Shown here: positions 45,919 to 54,752 of the stretch, piece after piece
How positions within the stretch are numbered: the stretch's first letter is position 1
Layout: each line of letters starts with the position of its first letter
DNA from: Gemmatimonadales bacterium
GTDB lineage: Bacteria > Gemmatimonadota > Gemmatimonadetes > Gemmatimonadales > Gemmatimonadaceae
Length of the DNA: 64,000 bases
NCBI GenBank assembly: GCA_038203205.1
Contig: JBBREF010000003.1
Location: forward strand, 10,621 to 74,620
Direction of reading: 5' to 3'
Notes under the pieces: generated by a model
The model's database searches: none
Told to the model about the DNA's origin: nothing
The model's input: the letters and a program-made list of their open reading frames with translations, nothing else
Made by a program: the position numbers and the translations under genes

Positions 45919-47400
45919 ATGACGGAACACGCGGTGGTGATAGCCGGAGGCGGTCCGACAGGATTGATGCTTGGTGGCGAGCTCGCATTGGCGGGAGTCG
46001 ACGTCGCCATCATTGAGCGACGCACCGATCAGAAGCTCGCAGGGTCACGCGCAGGCGGGCTCCACTCACGCACAATCGAGGTGTTCGATCAACGAGGGAT
46101 TGCCGAGCGCTTTCTGGGGGAAGGACAGAAGGCTCAGGTCGGCGGGTTCTCGTTCATCCCTCTGGACATCAGTGACTTCCCCACTCGACACAACTACGGA
46201 CTTGGGCTCTGGCAGAATCACATCGAGCGCCTGCTCGCAGAATGGGTTCTCGAGCTTGGCGTGCCAATCAACTACGGCAACGAAGTAGCCGGCTTTGCGC
46301 AGGATGACTCCGGCGTTGACGTAGGGTTGTCGGATGGCCGGTCCATGCGAACGCAGTATCTCGTCGGGTGCGACGGCGGACGCAGCGTGATCCGCAAAAC
46401 TGCGGGAATCGAATTTCCTGGCTGGGATGCGACCACGAGCCACCTGGTCGCTGAAGTCGAAATGACCGGCACTCCGGAATCGGGTATGCGTCGCGACGCT
46501 GTCGGCACCCATGGGATCAGTCGCGTCGCTTACGAGATCGTCGACGGCAGGATCATGTACAAGGATGAAGGGCCGTTTCGCGTGATGATTACGGAAGCGC
46601 GTGTCGGACAAACGACAGAACCAACGCTGAGTGATCTCAGCGATGCGATGACCGCTGTCTACGGAACCGATTACGGAATCAATAATCCGATATGGATTTC
46701 CCGGTTCACGGACACGAGCCGGCAGGCGGCTTCTTATCGCAATGGCCGCGTGCTGCTCGCCGGCGACGCTGCTCACGTGTTTTATCCCGCGGGCGGACAG
46801 GGCCTCAACACCGGTGTTCAGGACGCGGTGAATCTCGGATGGAAACTGGCGCAGGTGATCAAAGGAGTTTCGCCAGACAGCCTCCTCGACACGTATAACG
46901 CCGAACGTCATCCGGTCGCCGCTCGCGTGCTGCGAAACACTATGGCGCAAGTCGCTCTAGGCCGCACTGATGAGCGCACGAACGCGTTGCGTGAAACAAT
47001 GACGACTCTACTGGGGATGGATGAGCCGCGAAAACTGGTCGCGGGCGAGCTGTCTGGACTTGGTATTCGCTACGACTTCGGCGAAGGACATCCGCTGCTT
47101 GGTCGCCGGATGCCCGACCTGGATCTTGTCACTCCTGACGGTCAGGTCCGAGTTGTCGAACTGCTGCATGACGCGCGGGCGGTGCTACTCAACTTCGGTG
47201 ATCCCGGCGGTGCCGACCTGAGTGCATGGGCTGATCGCGTGCGGATGATCGATGCGAAGTACGACGGAATGTGGGACATTCCGGTAGTCGGAACCGTTGA
47301 CGCTCCTGCTGCTGTGTTGATTCGACCTGATGGCTACGTGGCGTGGGCCGGGGACCTGACCCAGCCGACGCTCATTCACGCACTATCCACCTGGTTCTGA
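45919..47400 (+). CDS. Class A FAD-dependent monooxygenase, rifamycin monooxygenase (Rox)-like
   Basis: GGGPTG, GLHSRTIEVFDQRG, VGCDGGRS, SRFTD..RQA..YR.GRVLLAGDAAH, GGQGLNTGVQDAVNLGWKLA, RYDFGEGHPLLGRRM and RPDGYVAWAG; GAGGAG RBS. Confidence 0.9.
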   Translation: MTEHAVVIAGGGPTGLMLGGELALAGVDVAIIERRTDQKLAGSRAGGLHSRTIEVFDQRGIAERFLGEGQKAQVGGFSFIPLDISDFPTRHNYGLGLWQNHIERLLAEWVLELGVPINYGNEVAGFAQDDSGVDVGLSDGRSMRTQYLVGCDGGRSVIRKTAGIEFPGWDATTSHLVAEVEMTGTPESGMRRDAVGTHGISRVAYEIVDGRIMYKDEGPFRVMITEARVGQTTEPTLSDLSDAMTAVYGTDYGINNPIWISRFTDTSRQAASYRNGRVLLAGDAAHVFYPAGGQGLNTGVQDAVNLGWKLAQVIKGVSPDSLLDTYNAERHPVAARVLRNTMAQVALGRTDERTNALRETMTTLLGMDEPRKLVAGELSGLGIRYDFGEGHPLLGRRMPDLDLVTPDGQVRVVELLHDARAVLLNFGDPGGADLSAWADRVRMIDAKYDGMWDIPVVGTVDAPAAVLIRPDGYVAWAGDLTQPTLIHALSTWF

Positions 47401-47426
47401 TCGATGGATGATCGGGACACGTCCAG

Positions 47427-49883
47427 CTACGGAGTCGGCGGCCCCGATTGCGCCTCCGGTTCAGACCTGGGCCGGAGCTTGAGCGCCTTGCCGAAGTTAC
47501 GTGACACCGTGACGAAGATTGCACGCGAACCGTTGTAGCGTTTGCCGTACTCCACCACCGTTCCACTCGTCGTTCTATAACCCCATCGCTGAAGCTTGAA
47601 CGGATCGGCGAATCGCAGCGAGATGTTTCCCTGATCTCCCCAGATCTTGTAGCGCATCGAGCCGGCGATATTCCCGCTTGCAAGCTGCGACCCGCCCTCG
47701 GTTTTGAAACCTGCGCGATAATTGGCGAACGCCTGCACATCGAACAGATTCGAGAACTTCCACGTGCCATTCACCCGGCTCGACCAGATGATATCCTGCG
47801 CCGACGGATTTCCCGCGAGGTTTGATGCATCGCTCTTGTACCGGGAGGCACTGCCGCCACCGTATAACTGAAGCGGACCACGCCGGTAGTTGATGTTCAC
47901 GTCGGCCCCTGCGGTCATCGTGTTGGCGACGTTGGCAAAGGTCCGCACAAGCGTGCCAGTCGAATCGATAAATTGAATGTCCCGAACTGCATGATCAGTC
48001 AGTCGCAGATACGGGCTGAGCTGAACCGAGCCCCACTTGCGTCCCTCCTGCAACGAAAAGTCGAACGAATTGGTGTATTCAGCACCCAGATCCGGATTTC
48101 CGCGCCACAGATTCCGACTGTCCTCCCTCCGCTCGATCGGACTCAGCTGCCATGGACCCGGGCGACTGACACGGCGCGAGTAGCTCAGCTTGGCCTGCCG
48201 CACATCGCTGAAGTTGTAGGACAGGATTGCACTTGGGTATTTGCTCCAGTACTCCTTCTCGAAGCTCCGTGAAATAGTTGGGAGCGAGAAATGCGAGTTG
48301 GCATTCTCCAGCCGCATCCCGGTCTGAAGCTGAACTTTTGAAATCCGGCGTGAATAGAGCGCATACGCCCCGACAATGTTCTCGCGATAATCGAAACCGC
48401 TCGCCCGATCGAGATTATCCTCGAACTCACCGGTTGTCGTATTCAGGAATGACGCGGACAGGTCGTTCTCGGTTCGGCGCCAGATTCCCTTGAATCCGGT
48501 TTCGAGCTTCGATCCCACGCCAAGTGGATGAGAATAATCAACCTTCATGTTCAGGTATGGATACCGTCCTTCCGTCCTGTCTTTTTCTGTAAGAATGGAT
48601 GGCGGTGTCGATTCATCCGCCTTGATGAGCTCGCCGGAGCGGTCGTTCTCACCGGAGTTGGAGTTGCCGCCATAGTCGGCCTCGACGGTCAACTGAGGAG
48701 TATTGGGTTTTCCCTGACGGCGAAACGCCAGATTATAGCTCCGGGACAAATACTCGAACTCATTTTCGCTGAACTGATTGAATACACCGGTTACAGCGCG
48801 CGCTACGTCCATGTTCGTGAAGTACGACGCGTTGCTGCTGGCAAAATTGCCGGTGAAGAAATACGAATCGAATGTGAGTGCGTCTCTTTCATTCATCCGA
48901 TATTCAGTTCTCAGAGTCATCCCGCCACTCAGCGGATGCTGGCGGCCAGCCTGGCTGGTTTCGACGAACATGGGAATCGGAACAGCGAGATTCGTTCGCG
49001 AGATCGTGCCCGACGTCTGCCGGTTATCGCGATACATATTGGCGGAAATGAAGCCGGTAAACTTTCCCTGCTGCTTGCCGACGTTGCCTGACAGACTGAC
49101 CTGGCCGGTGGATGCAGTTCCGGCATTTACACCGCCACTCAAGCCGAGCTCGACTTCCTGTTGAAGGATGATGTTGAGGATCCCTGCGGTTCCCTCTGGA
49201 TCATCCTTCGCAGACGGATTCGTTGCTACCTCTACAGTCTTCACCATCGACGCTGGAAGCTGAGCCAGGAATATTCCGAGCTGCTCGCCCTTGAGCGGAG
49301 TTGAACGTCCGTTGATCTGGACGACGACGTTGCTGTTGCTTCGAAGGGTCACCTTGTTGGAAGCATCAACTTCCACGAGCGGGATGTTGCGAAGCACGTC
49401 GATCGCCGTTCCGCCCGATGCAGTGGTCATATTCTTCACGTTGTACGAATTACGATCCGGCGAAAGCTCCTGCTCATCACGCTCCGCAGTTACCTGTTGG
49501 TCAGCAAGAGTAGTTGCGACAACCTTGAGCTTCAGCGTTCCGACGTTCAGGACAGGCTTCTCGGCGGAGACTACTAGTCCATCCACGGTGAGCGGTGCAT
49601 AGCCGATTGCGCGGAACCGCAACGTGTACTGACCGGGAGTCAGTCCGTCGACGCGAAACGTCCCATCGGTCCTTGGTAACGCACCGCCAACGAAGCTCGT
49701 ATCGCGCTGTCGGCGGATTGTGATGGATCCAGTCGCTACCGCAGCACCAGTCGTCGAATCCGCAAGGCGCCCCTCGATTTGACCCGGCGCGGTTGCCGGC
49801 GGGACTCCTTGAGTTGCCTGAGCATGTACAGCTGCTGCCAACAGGAAGACGAGCGAAGACGCTGCGAAGGTGGCGGGACGCAT
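47427..49883 (-). CDS. TonB-dependent receptor (outer-membrane beta-barrel family)
   Basis: Signal peptide, carboxypeptidase-regulatory domain, NPSAKDDPEGTAGILNI, GNPDLGAE. Confidence 0.92.
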   Translation of the reverse strand: MRPATFAASSLVFLLAAAVHAQATQGVPPATAPGQIEGRLADSTTGAAVATGSITIRRQRDTSFVGGALPRTDGTFRVDGLTPGQYTLRFRAIGYAPLTVDGLVVSAEKPVLNVGTLKLKVVATTLADQQVTAERDEQELSPDRNSYNVKNMTTASGGTAIDVLRNIPLVEVDASNKVTLRSNSNVVVQINGRSTPLKGEQLGIFLAQLPASMVKTVEVATNPSAKDDPEGTAGILNIILQQEVELGLSGGVNAGTASTGQVSLSGNVGKQQGKFTGFISANMYRDNRQTSGTISRTNLAVPIPMFVETSQAGRQHPLSGGMTLRTEYRMNERDALTFDSYFFTGNFASSNASYFTNMDVARAVTGVFNQFSENEFEYLSRSYNLAFRRQGKPNTPQLTVEADYGGNSNSGENDRSGELIKADESTPPSILTEKDRTEGRYPYLNMKVDYSHPLGVGSKLETGFKGIWRRTENDLSASFLNTTTGEFEDNLDRASGFDYRENIVGAYALYSRRISKVQLQTGMRLENANSHFSLPTISRSFEKEYWSKYPSAILSYNFSDVRQAKLSYSRRVSRPGPWQLSPIERREDSRNLWRGNPDLGAEYTNSFDFSLQEGRKWGSVQLSPYLRLTDHAVRDIQFIDSTGTLVRTFANVANTMTAGADVNINYRRGPLQLYGGGSASRYKSDASNLAGNPSAQDIIWSSRVNGTWKFSNLFDVQAFANYRAGFKTEGGSQLASGNIAGSMRYKIWGDQGNISLRFADPFKLQRWGYRTTSGTVVEYGKRYNGSRAIFVTVSRNFGKALKLRPRSEPEAQSGPPTP

Positions 49884-50041
49884 TCTTATAGTATGGTGAC
49901 GATTGAGAGCCAGACGACCTGACTGGCCCGGGCGCCGGGTTATCCGGAAGCTCGTGGGTCAGCGGATATTAGACGGGGTCACGGCCGAAATGGATTGCAG
50001 GGGACGGATTGGCTTGATCGCACCCGGCCCCCGGCCCTGCC

Positions 50042-50584
50042 TTACACCTGGAGCTGGCCTCGGAATCCCCTGGCCGCGTAGTACGATTCCGCTCCATTGT
50101 GATAGAGGAAAACTTTCCCAAATCGGCGGTCGCAGAACAGCGCGCCGCCGAGTGTCCGCACCTCGGGCGGTGTATCGATCCAGCTTGACGTTTTGAGATC
50201 AAACTCGCCAAGCTCCTGCAGCTCTCGATACTGCTGCTCGTTCAACAGATCGACGCCCATTTTGTCGGCCATCTCTACGGCGCTTCCCCTCGGTTTGTTC
50301 GCTTTTCGGGAGTCGAGCGCTTTTTTGTCGAAGCAGAGGCTTCTGCGTCCGGCGGGGCTTTCTGGCGAACAATCGCAGAACGTGATGCGTCCCGATTTGT
50401 CGCTGCCAATCACGTCAGGCTCACCGCCACTCTTCTCCATGGCACCAAGTGTCTTCAGGGCATTGGCGTTGCGTTCGAGTCTTGTTTGAACTGCAGCCCA
50501 TGCGATCCCCTTATGCCGATGCATGTTCTTCTCGAAGCGAGCCTTCAGGGTTTCCATCAAGTCATCGGCACGAGCTTTCATCAT
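50042..50584 (-). CDS. DUF4256 family protein
   Basis: MEKSGGEPDV, DCSPESP.GRRSLC, FDLKTSSW and YHNGAESYYAARGFRG. Confidence 0.9.
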   Translation of the reverse strand: MMKARADDLMETLKARFEKNMHRHKGIAWAAVQTRLERNANALKTLGAMEKSGGEPDVIGSDKSGRITFCDCSPESPAGRRSLCFDKKALDSRKANKPRGSAVEMADKMGVDLLNEQQYRELQELGEFDLKTSSWIDTPPEVRTLGGALFCDRRFGKVFLYHNGAESYYAARGFRGQLQV

Positions 50585-50595
50585 TTCTCCTCAGA

Positions 50596-52272
50596 TCAAT
50601 ACCCTGCCGCCATCCCATCTTTTCGCGGATCACTGCCCGCGGCATAACCCCTCGGCAGACGCACGATCGCCTGTGCTCCGCCAAAGGCGATCGTCGGCTG
50701 CTCGATGAGCACATGTCCCATCGCCGAGAGCTGAGCGCGGACAGCATCACCGATTGGCGCCTCGAACGCTACACGCTGCCCATCGTAATGTCTGAATCGC
50801 GGAGCATCGATGGCTGCCTGCAGATCCATTCCGAACACGAAGTAGTTCATCAGGAGCTGCACGTGCCCCTGGGCCTGTACCCCGCCGCCCATCAAGCCGA
50901 AGCTCATGTACGGTTGCTCACGCCCGCCGAGTGTGCGGGTTACGAAGCCAGGGATCAACGTATGGAATGGCCGCTTGCCGGGTGCGACCGTATTCGGCAG
51001 GTCAGGGACAAGTGTGAATCCCGCGCCGCGGTTGTGCAACGCGAAGCCGGTACCCGGCACAACAATGCCTGACCCGAAGTAGTCGTATATAGAGTTGATG
51101 AATGACACCATGTTGCCTTCGGCATCCGCAACCGACAGGTAAACCGTCTCGCTCTTCGTTCTCGCGGGACCGGGATCGACGCGTTCGGTCGCGCGTGCCG
51201 GATCGAGATGGCGTCTGCGTTCCGCGATAAACTCATCGGTCAGCATCTCTTCGGCATTCAGATCGAGATGATCAGCGTCGCCGACGAACCTCTCGAGATC
51301 TGCATATGCGAGCTTCTTCGCCTCGATGAGATGATGCAGGTACGCAGGCGAATTGTGTCCCATCGCCTTGAGGTCGAATGGCTCGAGAATCCGCAGCATC
51401 TCGAGTGCTGCGATTCCCTGGTTGCTCGGCGGCATCTCCCACACGCGATGACCCTGGAAGGGGACCGAGATGGGGGTGACCCAGTCGGGCGCATTCTTCC
51501 GGAGATCGTCCAGCGTGATGAAACCGTTCAGTGCGGTGAGACGATTGACGATGCTCTGGCCGATCGACCCACCGTAGAAGGTCGCGATGCCGCTGTCAGC
51601 AATAGTTCTGAGCGTTCGTGCATAGTCGGCGTTGTGAAACCATTCGCCTGCCTTCGGAGCGTTTCCACCAGGAAGAAAAGTCGCCGTCGCGCCTGCGTCA
51701 TTTTTAAGGAAAGCAGTCTGCTCGCCCCACTGGGCGGCAATTATCGGTGAGACCGGAAAGCCATCGCGCGCGTAGCCGATTGCCGGCTCGAGAACCTGCG
51801 CGAGCGTGCGGGTTCCGTGTGTGCGCATGAGGATGTCCCAGCCTGCAAGTGCACCGGGGACTGTCACCGACATCGCGCCCTGCTGTGAACCGGACTGGAA
51901 GCCGCGGGCCTCGAGGGTCTTTCGCGTCATGAGCGACCCCGCACGGCCGCCGGCATTCAGCGCGACGAGCTTCTGCTCCTTCGCGAGCCAGACGATCGCG
52001 AACATGTCGCCTCCGATGCCGGTCATGTGCGGCTCGGTGACCGTCAATACAGCAGCGGCGGCGACGGCGGCGTCGATTGCGTTGCCGCCGTCCTGGAGAA
52101 CCGCCAGTCCTGCCGCCGTAGCGAGTGGCTGACTCGTCGCGACCATCCCAGTGGGAGCATACACGGTCGAGCGTCCGGCCATCGACGTCGGTCGCTGGGC
52201 CATCATGATTTCAGGAGAGGTGGTGACAATGGTGGCCGCAATGACGATGGCACCCAAGGTGATTCGAGACAT
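50596..52272 (-). CDS. ggt: Gamma-glutamyltransferase family protein
   Basis: GGNAIDAAVA, GIGGDMF, VPGA, ETVYLSVAD (nucleophile Thr), GKRPFHT and GSDPRKDG. Confidence 0.93.
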   Translation of the reverse strand: MSRITLGAIVIAATIVTTSPEIMMAQRPTSMAGRSTVYAPTGMVATSQPLATAAGLAVLQDGGNAIDAAVAAAAVLTVTEPHMTGIGGDMFAIVWLAKEQKLVALNAGGRAGSLMTRKTLEARGFQSGSQQGAMSVTVPGALAGWDILMRTHGTRTLAQVLEPAIGYARDGFPVSPIIAAQWGEQTAFLKNDAGATATFLPGGNAPKAGEWFHNADYARTLRTIADSGIATFYGGSIGQSIVNRLTALNGFITLDDLRKNAPDWVTPISVPFQGHRVWEMPPSNQGIAALEMLRILEPFDLKAMGHNSPAYLHHLIEAKKLAYADLERFVGDADHLDLNAEEMLTDEFIAERRRHLDPARATERVDPGPARTKSETVYLSVADAEGNMVSFINSIYDYFGSGIVVPGTGFALHNRGAGFTLVPDLPNTVAPGKRPFHTLIPGFVTRTLGGREQPYMSFGLMGGGVQAQGHVQLLMNYFVFGMDLQAAIDAPRFRHYDGQRVAFEAPIGDAVRAQLSAMGHVLIEQPTIAFGGAQAIVRLPRGYAAGSDPRKDGMAAGY

Positions 52273-52357
52273 TTTACTCCGGCACGGGAAGCGAGCAGAA
52301 GCTGCAGGGGAACAACGAAAAATGCGAATACCGGCGCACCGGACGCGGACAGCAATC

Positions 52358-53107
52358 TTAGGCTTTTCGCACGCAATAGCGCAGGCTTCCACCGCGGCCA
52401 TGGCTCAGATCAAAGACATCCACCAACTGTGCCCCCGCAATTGCGACTGTTTCCTCGACCCACGCTCTGGCGATGAAATGCATCTCGTATGGTGGTTGAC
52501 CCTTGAGACGCTGGAGCCCCCGACGGATGTATCTCCTGTTGGCCGTGTAGAGCCACGCCCTCACGGTACCGGGTTTTATCAGCGGCCCGTTACGTGTCTG
52601 AAAAACCGCGAGTCCCCCGGGTCGCAGCACGCGTACGAACTCTCTGATGTATCCTGCCTGATACTCTGGCGGTATGTGCTGAAGGACCTTGTTGCTGTAA
52701 ACGAAATCGAACGATTGATCAGCGGCAAAATTCAGGGCAGGGCCGGTGTTCAGTACATATTCGACTCTGGATCCGTGCTGGTTGTACAAACGGGCCGCTT
52801 CCAACATGGAGGCCGATATGTCAACGCCGACGACGTGGTCGAATTTCCCGGCCAGCGCTTGCGTAAGGCGCCCGATTGCGCAGCCGAAGTCCAGGGCGTC
52901 GCCACGGGGTACGTCGAGGCGCATTGAAATCAGGTAATCAAGGACTTCGCCAACCTCCGTGCGGCCGCGTGCGAAGAATGCGTCGGGATCCCAGCGTCCC
53001 CCTTCGCACCCCTGCTTTGAAAGAGCAGCGTACATCGGGTCCGCTCGAGCGAACTCCTCGAAGGCATCCCTAATCGGAGCAAGCCCAGATTCGTCAGGCG
53101 GTCGCAT
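52358..53107 (-). CDS. Class I SAM-dependent methyltransferase
   Basis: ALDFGCAIGRL, GVDIS, FDFVYS..VLQH and RVLRPGG. Confidence 0.9.
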   Translation of the reverse strand: MRPPDESGLAPIRDAFEEFARADPMYAALSKQGCEGGRWDPDAFFARGRTEVGEVLDYLISMRLDVPRGDALDFGCAIGRLTQALAGKFDHVVGVDISASMLEAARLYNQHGSRVEYVLNTGPALNFAADQSFDFVYSNKVLQHIPPEYQAGYIREFVRVLRPGGLAVFQTRNGPLIKPGTVRAWLYTANRRYIRRGLQRLKGQPPYEMHFIARAWVEETVAIAGAQLVDVFDLSHGRGGSLRYCVRKA

Positions 53108-53119
53108 TCCGGTCAGGGT

Positions 53120-54673
53120 TCACCGTGACGTGCGCAGCCTTTCATCAATGCTCTCCAGGCTCTTTCGATACTCCGCCAGATCCGGAGCGTTCTGCTTCTC
53201 TGCAAGTGCGACAGCGTTCGCATACGCAGCACGAGCTTCCTTCAACTTGCCAATACTAGCGAGTGCCTCGCCCAGACTATCGTGGGTGTTTGGTGATTCA
53301 GGATAAGCTTCTACGTTCAGCCGGAATATCTCCACGGCGCCAGCCAACTGCCGCTGCTGCCTCATCAACCAGTAGCCCACGCGATTCAGGTCATCTTCAG
53401 TGTATTGAAAGCTGTCCGGCGTGAGCCGGGCGGACCGATTGCGCTCGATGGCTGCTTCCAACCCGCCGGAACGATATGCGCCGGCAACCAGCGGCGCGAG
53501 TCGTGGCTGCGCCAGCGGAACCGTGCGATCGAGAAGGTTGAACGCGAGCGGCTGGATGCTTCGATGAGCGTCTTCGGTGTTCGTGAGCACGACGACCGCA
53601 CGCTTCGCCGCCACGTCCAGAATGATTACAGAGCTGTAGCCACCGGTGCCGCCGTTGTGCCAGACGAGCCTGCGCGTTGCCGGGCTTGCGTTGATGATCC
53701 AGTTCAGACCCACGCTGTCCCTGCTGACAGCACCATTTTCGCCAGCGATGAATCGCCGTGCCGTCTGCGCATCGCGGAGTGAAGCAGTGAGGCCCGCACG
53801 TGGTGACGCACCGAAGGCATCGAGGTTTGCCGCTGCGAAGTTGAGCATGTCGTTTGCGGTCGAGCGTAGTGCGCCAGCGCCTGCAAGAGTCGGAATATCC
53901 CAGTTACTCGCCGTGTCGCCGAACATCTTGTGACCGCGCGCGAGGTCGTGCGCCATTTCCGGCGTGAGCGTTATCCCGCTACGCGTCATCCCGAGAGGTC
54001 GCAGTATCCGCTCCGCTACGAGGGCTTCGTAGGACTTCCCCGCCCGCAGCGATAGTGCATGACCGAGCAGACCTGTTCCGAAGTTTGAATAGTCGAACGC
54101 GGAACCGGGATCCCGGGACAATTGATAGCCGGACAGGAACTCATACACTTGGCCGACCGTGTAGTCTGCGTAAGGGTTCTCGGGATTCCCGGGTTGAAAA
54201 TTCGACGGCATTGGCGGGAGTCCCGAGTGATGCGTCGAAAGGTCGAGGAGTGTTATCGGCTTTCCGTTGCGGTCCGGCACCTTTACGCCAGGCGGGAGCA
54301 GCCTGGCCAGCGGTTCTGTCAACTGAACTTCCCCGCGGCGCACCATATCAGCGAGGAGAATTCCTGTGATGGTCTTTGTTATCGAGCCAATCTCGAATAC
54401 GCTTTCGCCATCGAGTGGGCGTGTTGAATTACCGGAGTTACCGTAGGCAACCACGCGCCGTGTTCCATCTGAGTCCAGAATTCCAACAACCACACCGGCG
54501 ACCTGATGGTTCTTCACCATATCGCGAATTGTCGCCTGCACCAGAGTGTCATGTGGAAAGCCCGCCTGAGCGGAGGCCTGGCTTACAACCAACAGCGGCA
54601 CGAAGGCAAGTAGTACGCGAGCAAAGTGAACCCACGCGCCGGAAATGTTCATCTTTCGATCCACTATCGTCAT
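53120..54673 (-). CDS. Serine hydrolase (AmpH/AmpC-like) with C-terminal TPR
   Basis: FEIGSITK, YSNFG and WHNGGTGG; TPR-like NVEAYPESPNTHDSLGEA. Confidence 0.9.
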   Translation of the reverse strand: MTIVDRKMNISGAWVHFARVLLAFVPLLVVSQASAQAGFPHDTLVQATIRDMVKNHQVAGVVVGILDSDGTRRVVAYGNSGNSTRPLDGESVFEIGSITKTITGILLADMVRRGEVQLTEPLARLLPPGVKVPDRNGKPITLLDLSTHHSGLPPMPSNFQPGNPENPYADYTVGQVYEFLSGYQLSRDPGSAFDYSNFGTGLLGHALSLRAGKSYEALVAERILRPLGMTRSGITLTPEMAHDLARGHKMFGDTASNWDIPTLAGAGALRSTANDMLNFAAANLDAFGASPRAGLTASLRDAQTARRFIAGENGAVSRDSVGLNWIINASPATRRLVWHNGGTGGYSSVIILDVAAKRAVVVLTNTEDAHRSIQPLAFNLLDRTVPLAQPRLAPLVAGAYRSGGLEAAIERNRSARLTPDSFQYTEDDLNRVGYWLMRQQRQLAGAVEIFRLNVEAYPESPNTHDSLGEALASIGKLKEARAAYANAVALAEKQNAPDLAEYRKSLESIDERLRTSR

Positions 54674-54752
54674 TTGTAATCCTCGCTGCGGAGACGGTTG
54701 CGAAACGCCCGGTGTCGCGGCCGGCTCAGCGGACGATGAAAAATGTCGTACT

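Noticed and set aside
10268-54673. Calling the SxxK proteins true beta-lactamases
   Set aside because: The fold motifs are shared with esterases and D-peptidases; there is no class-specific evidence.
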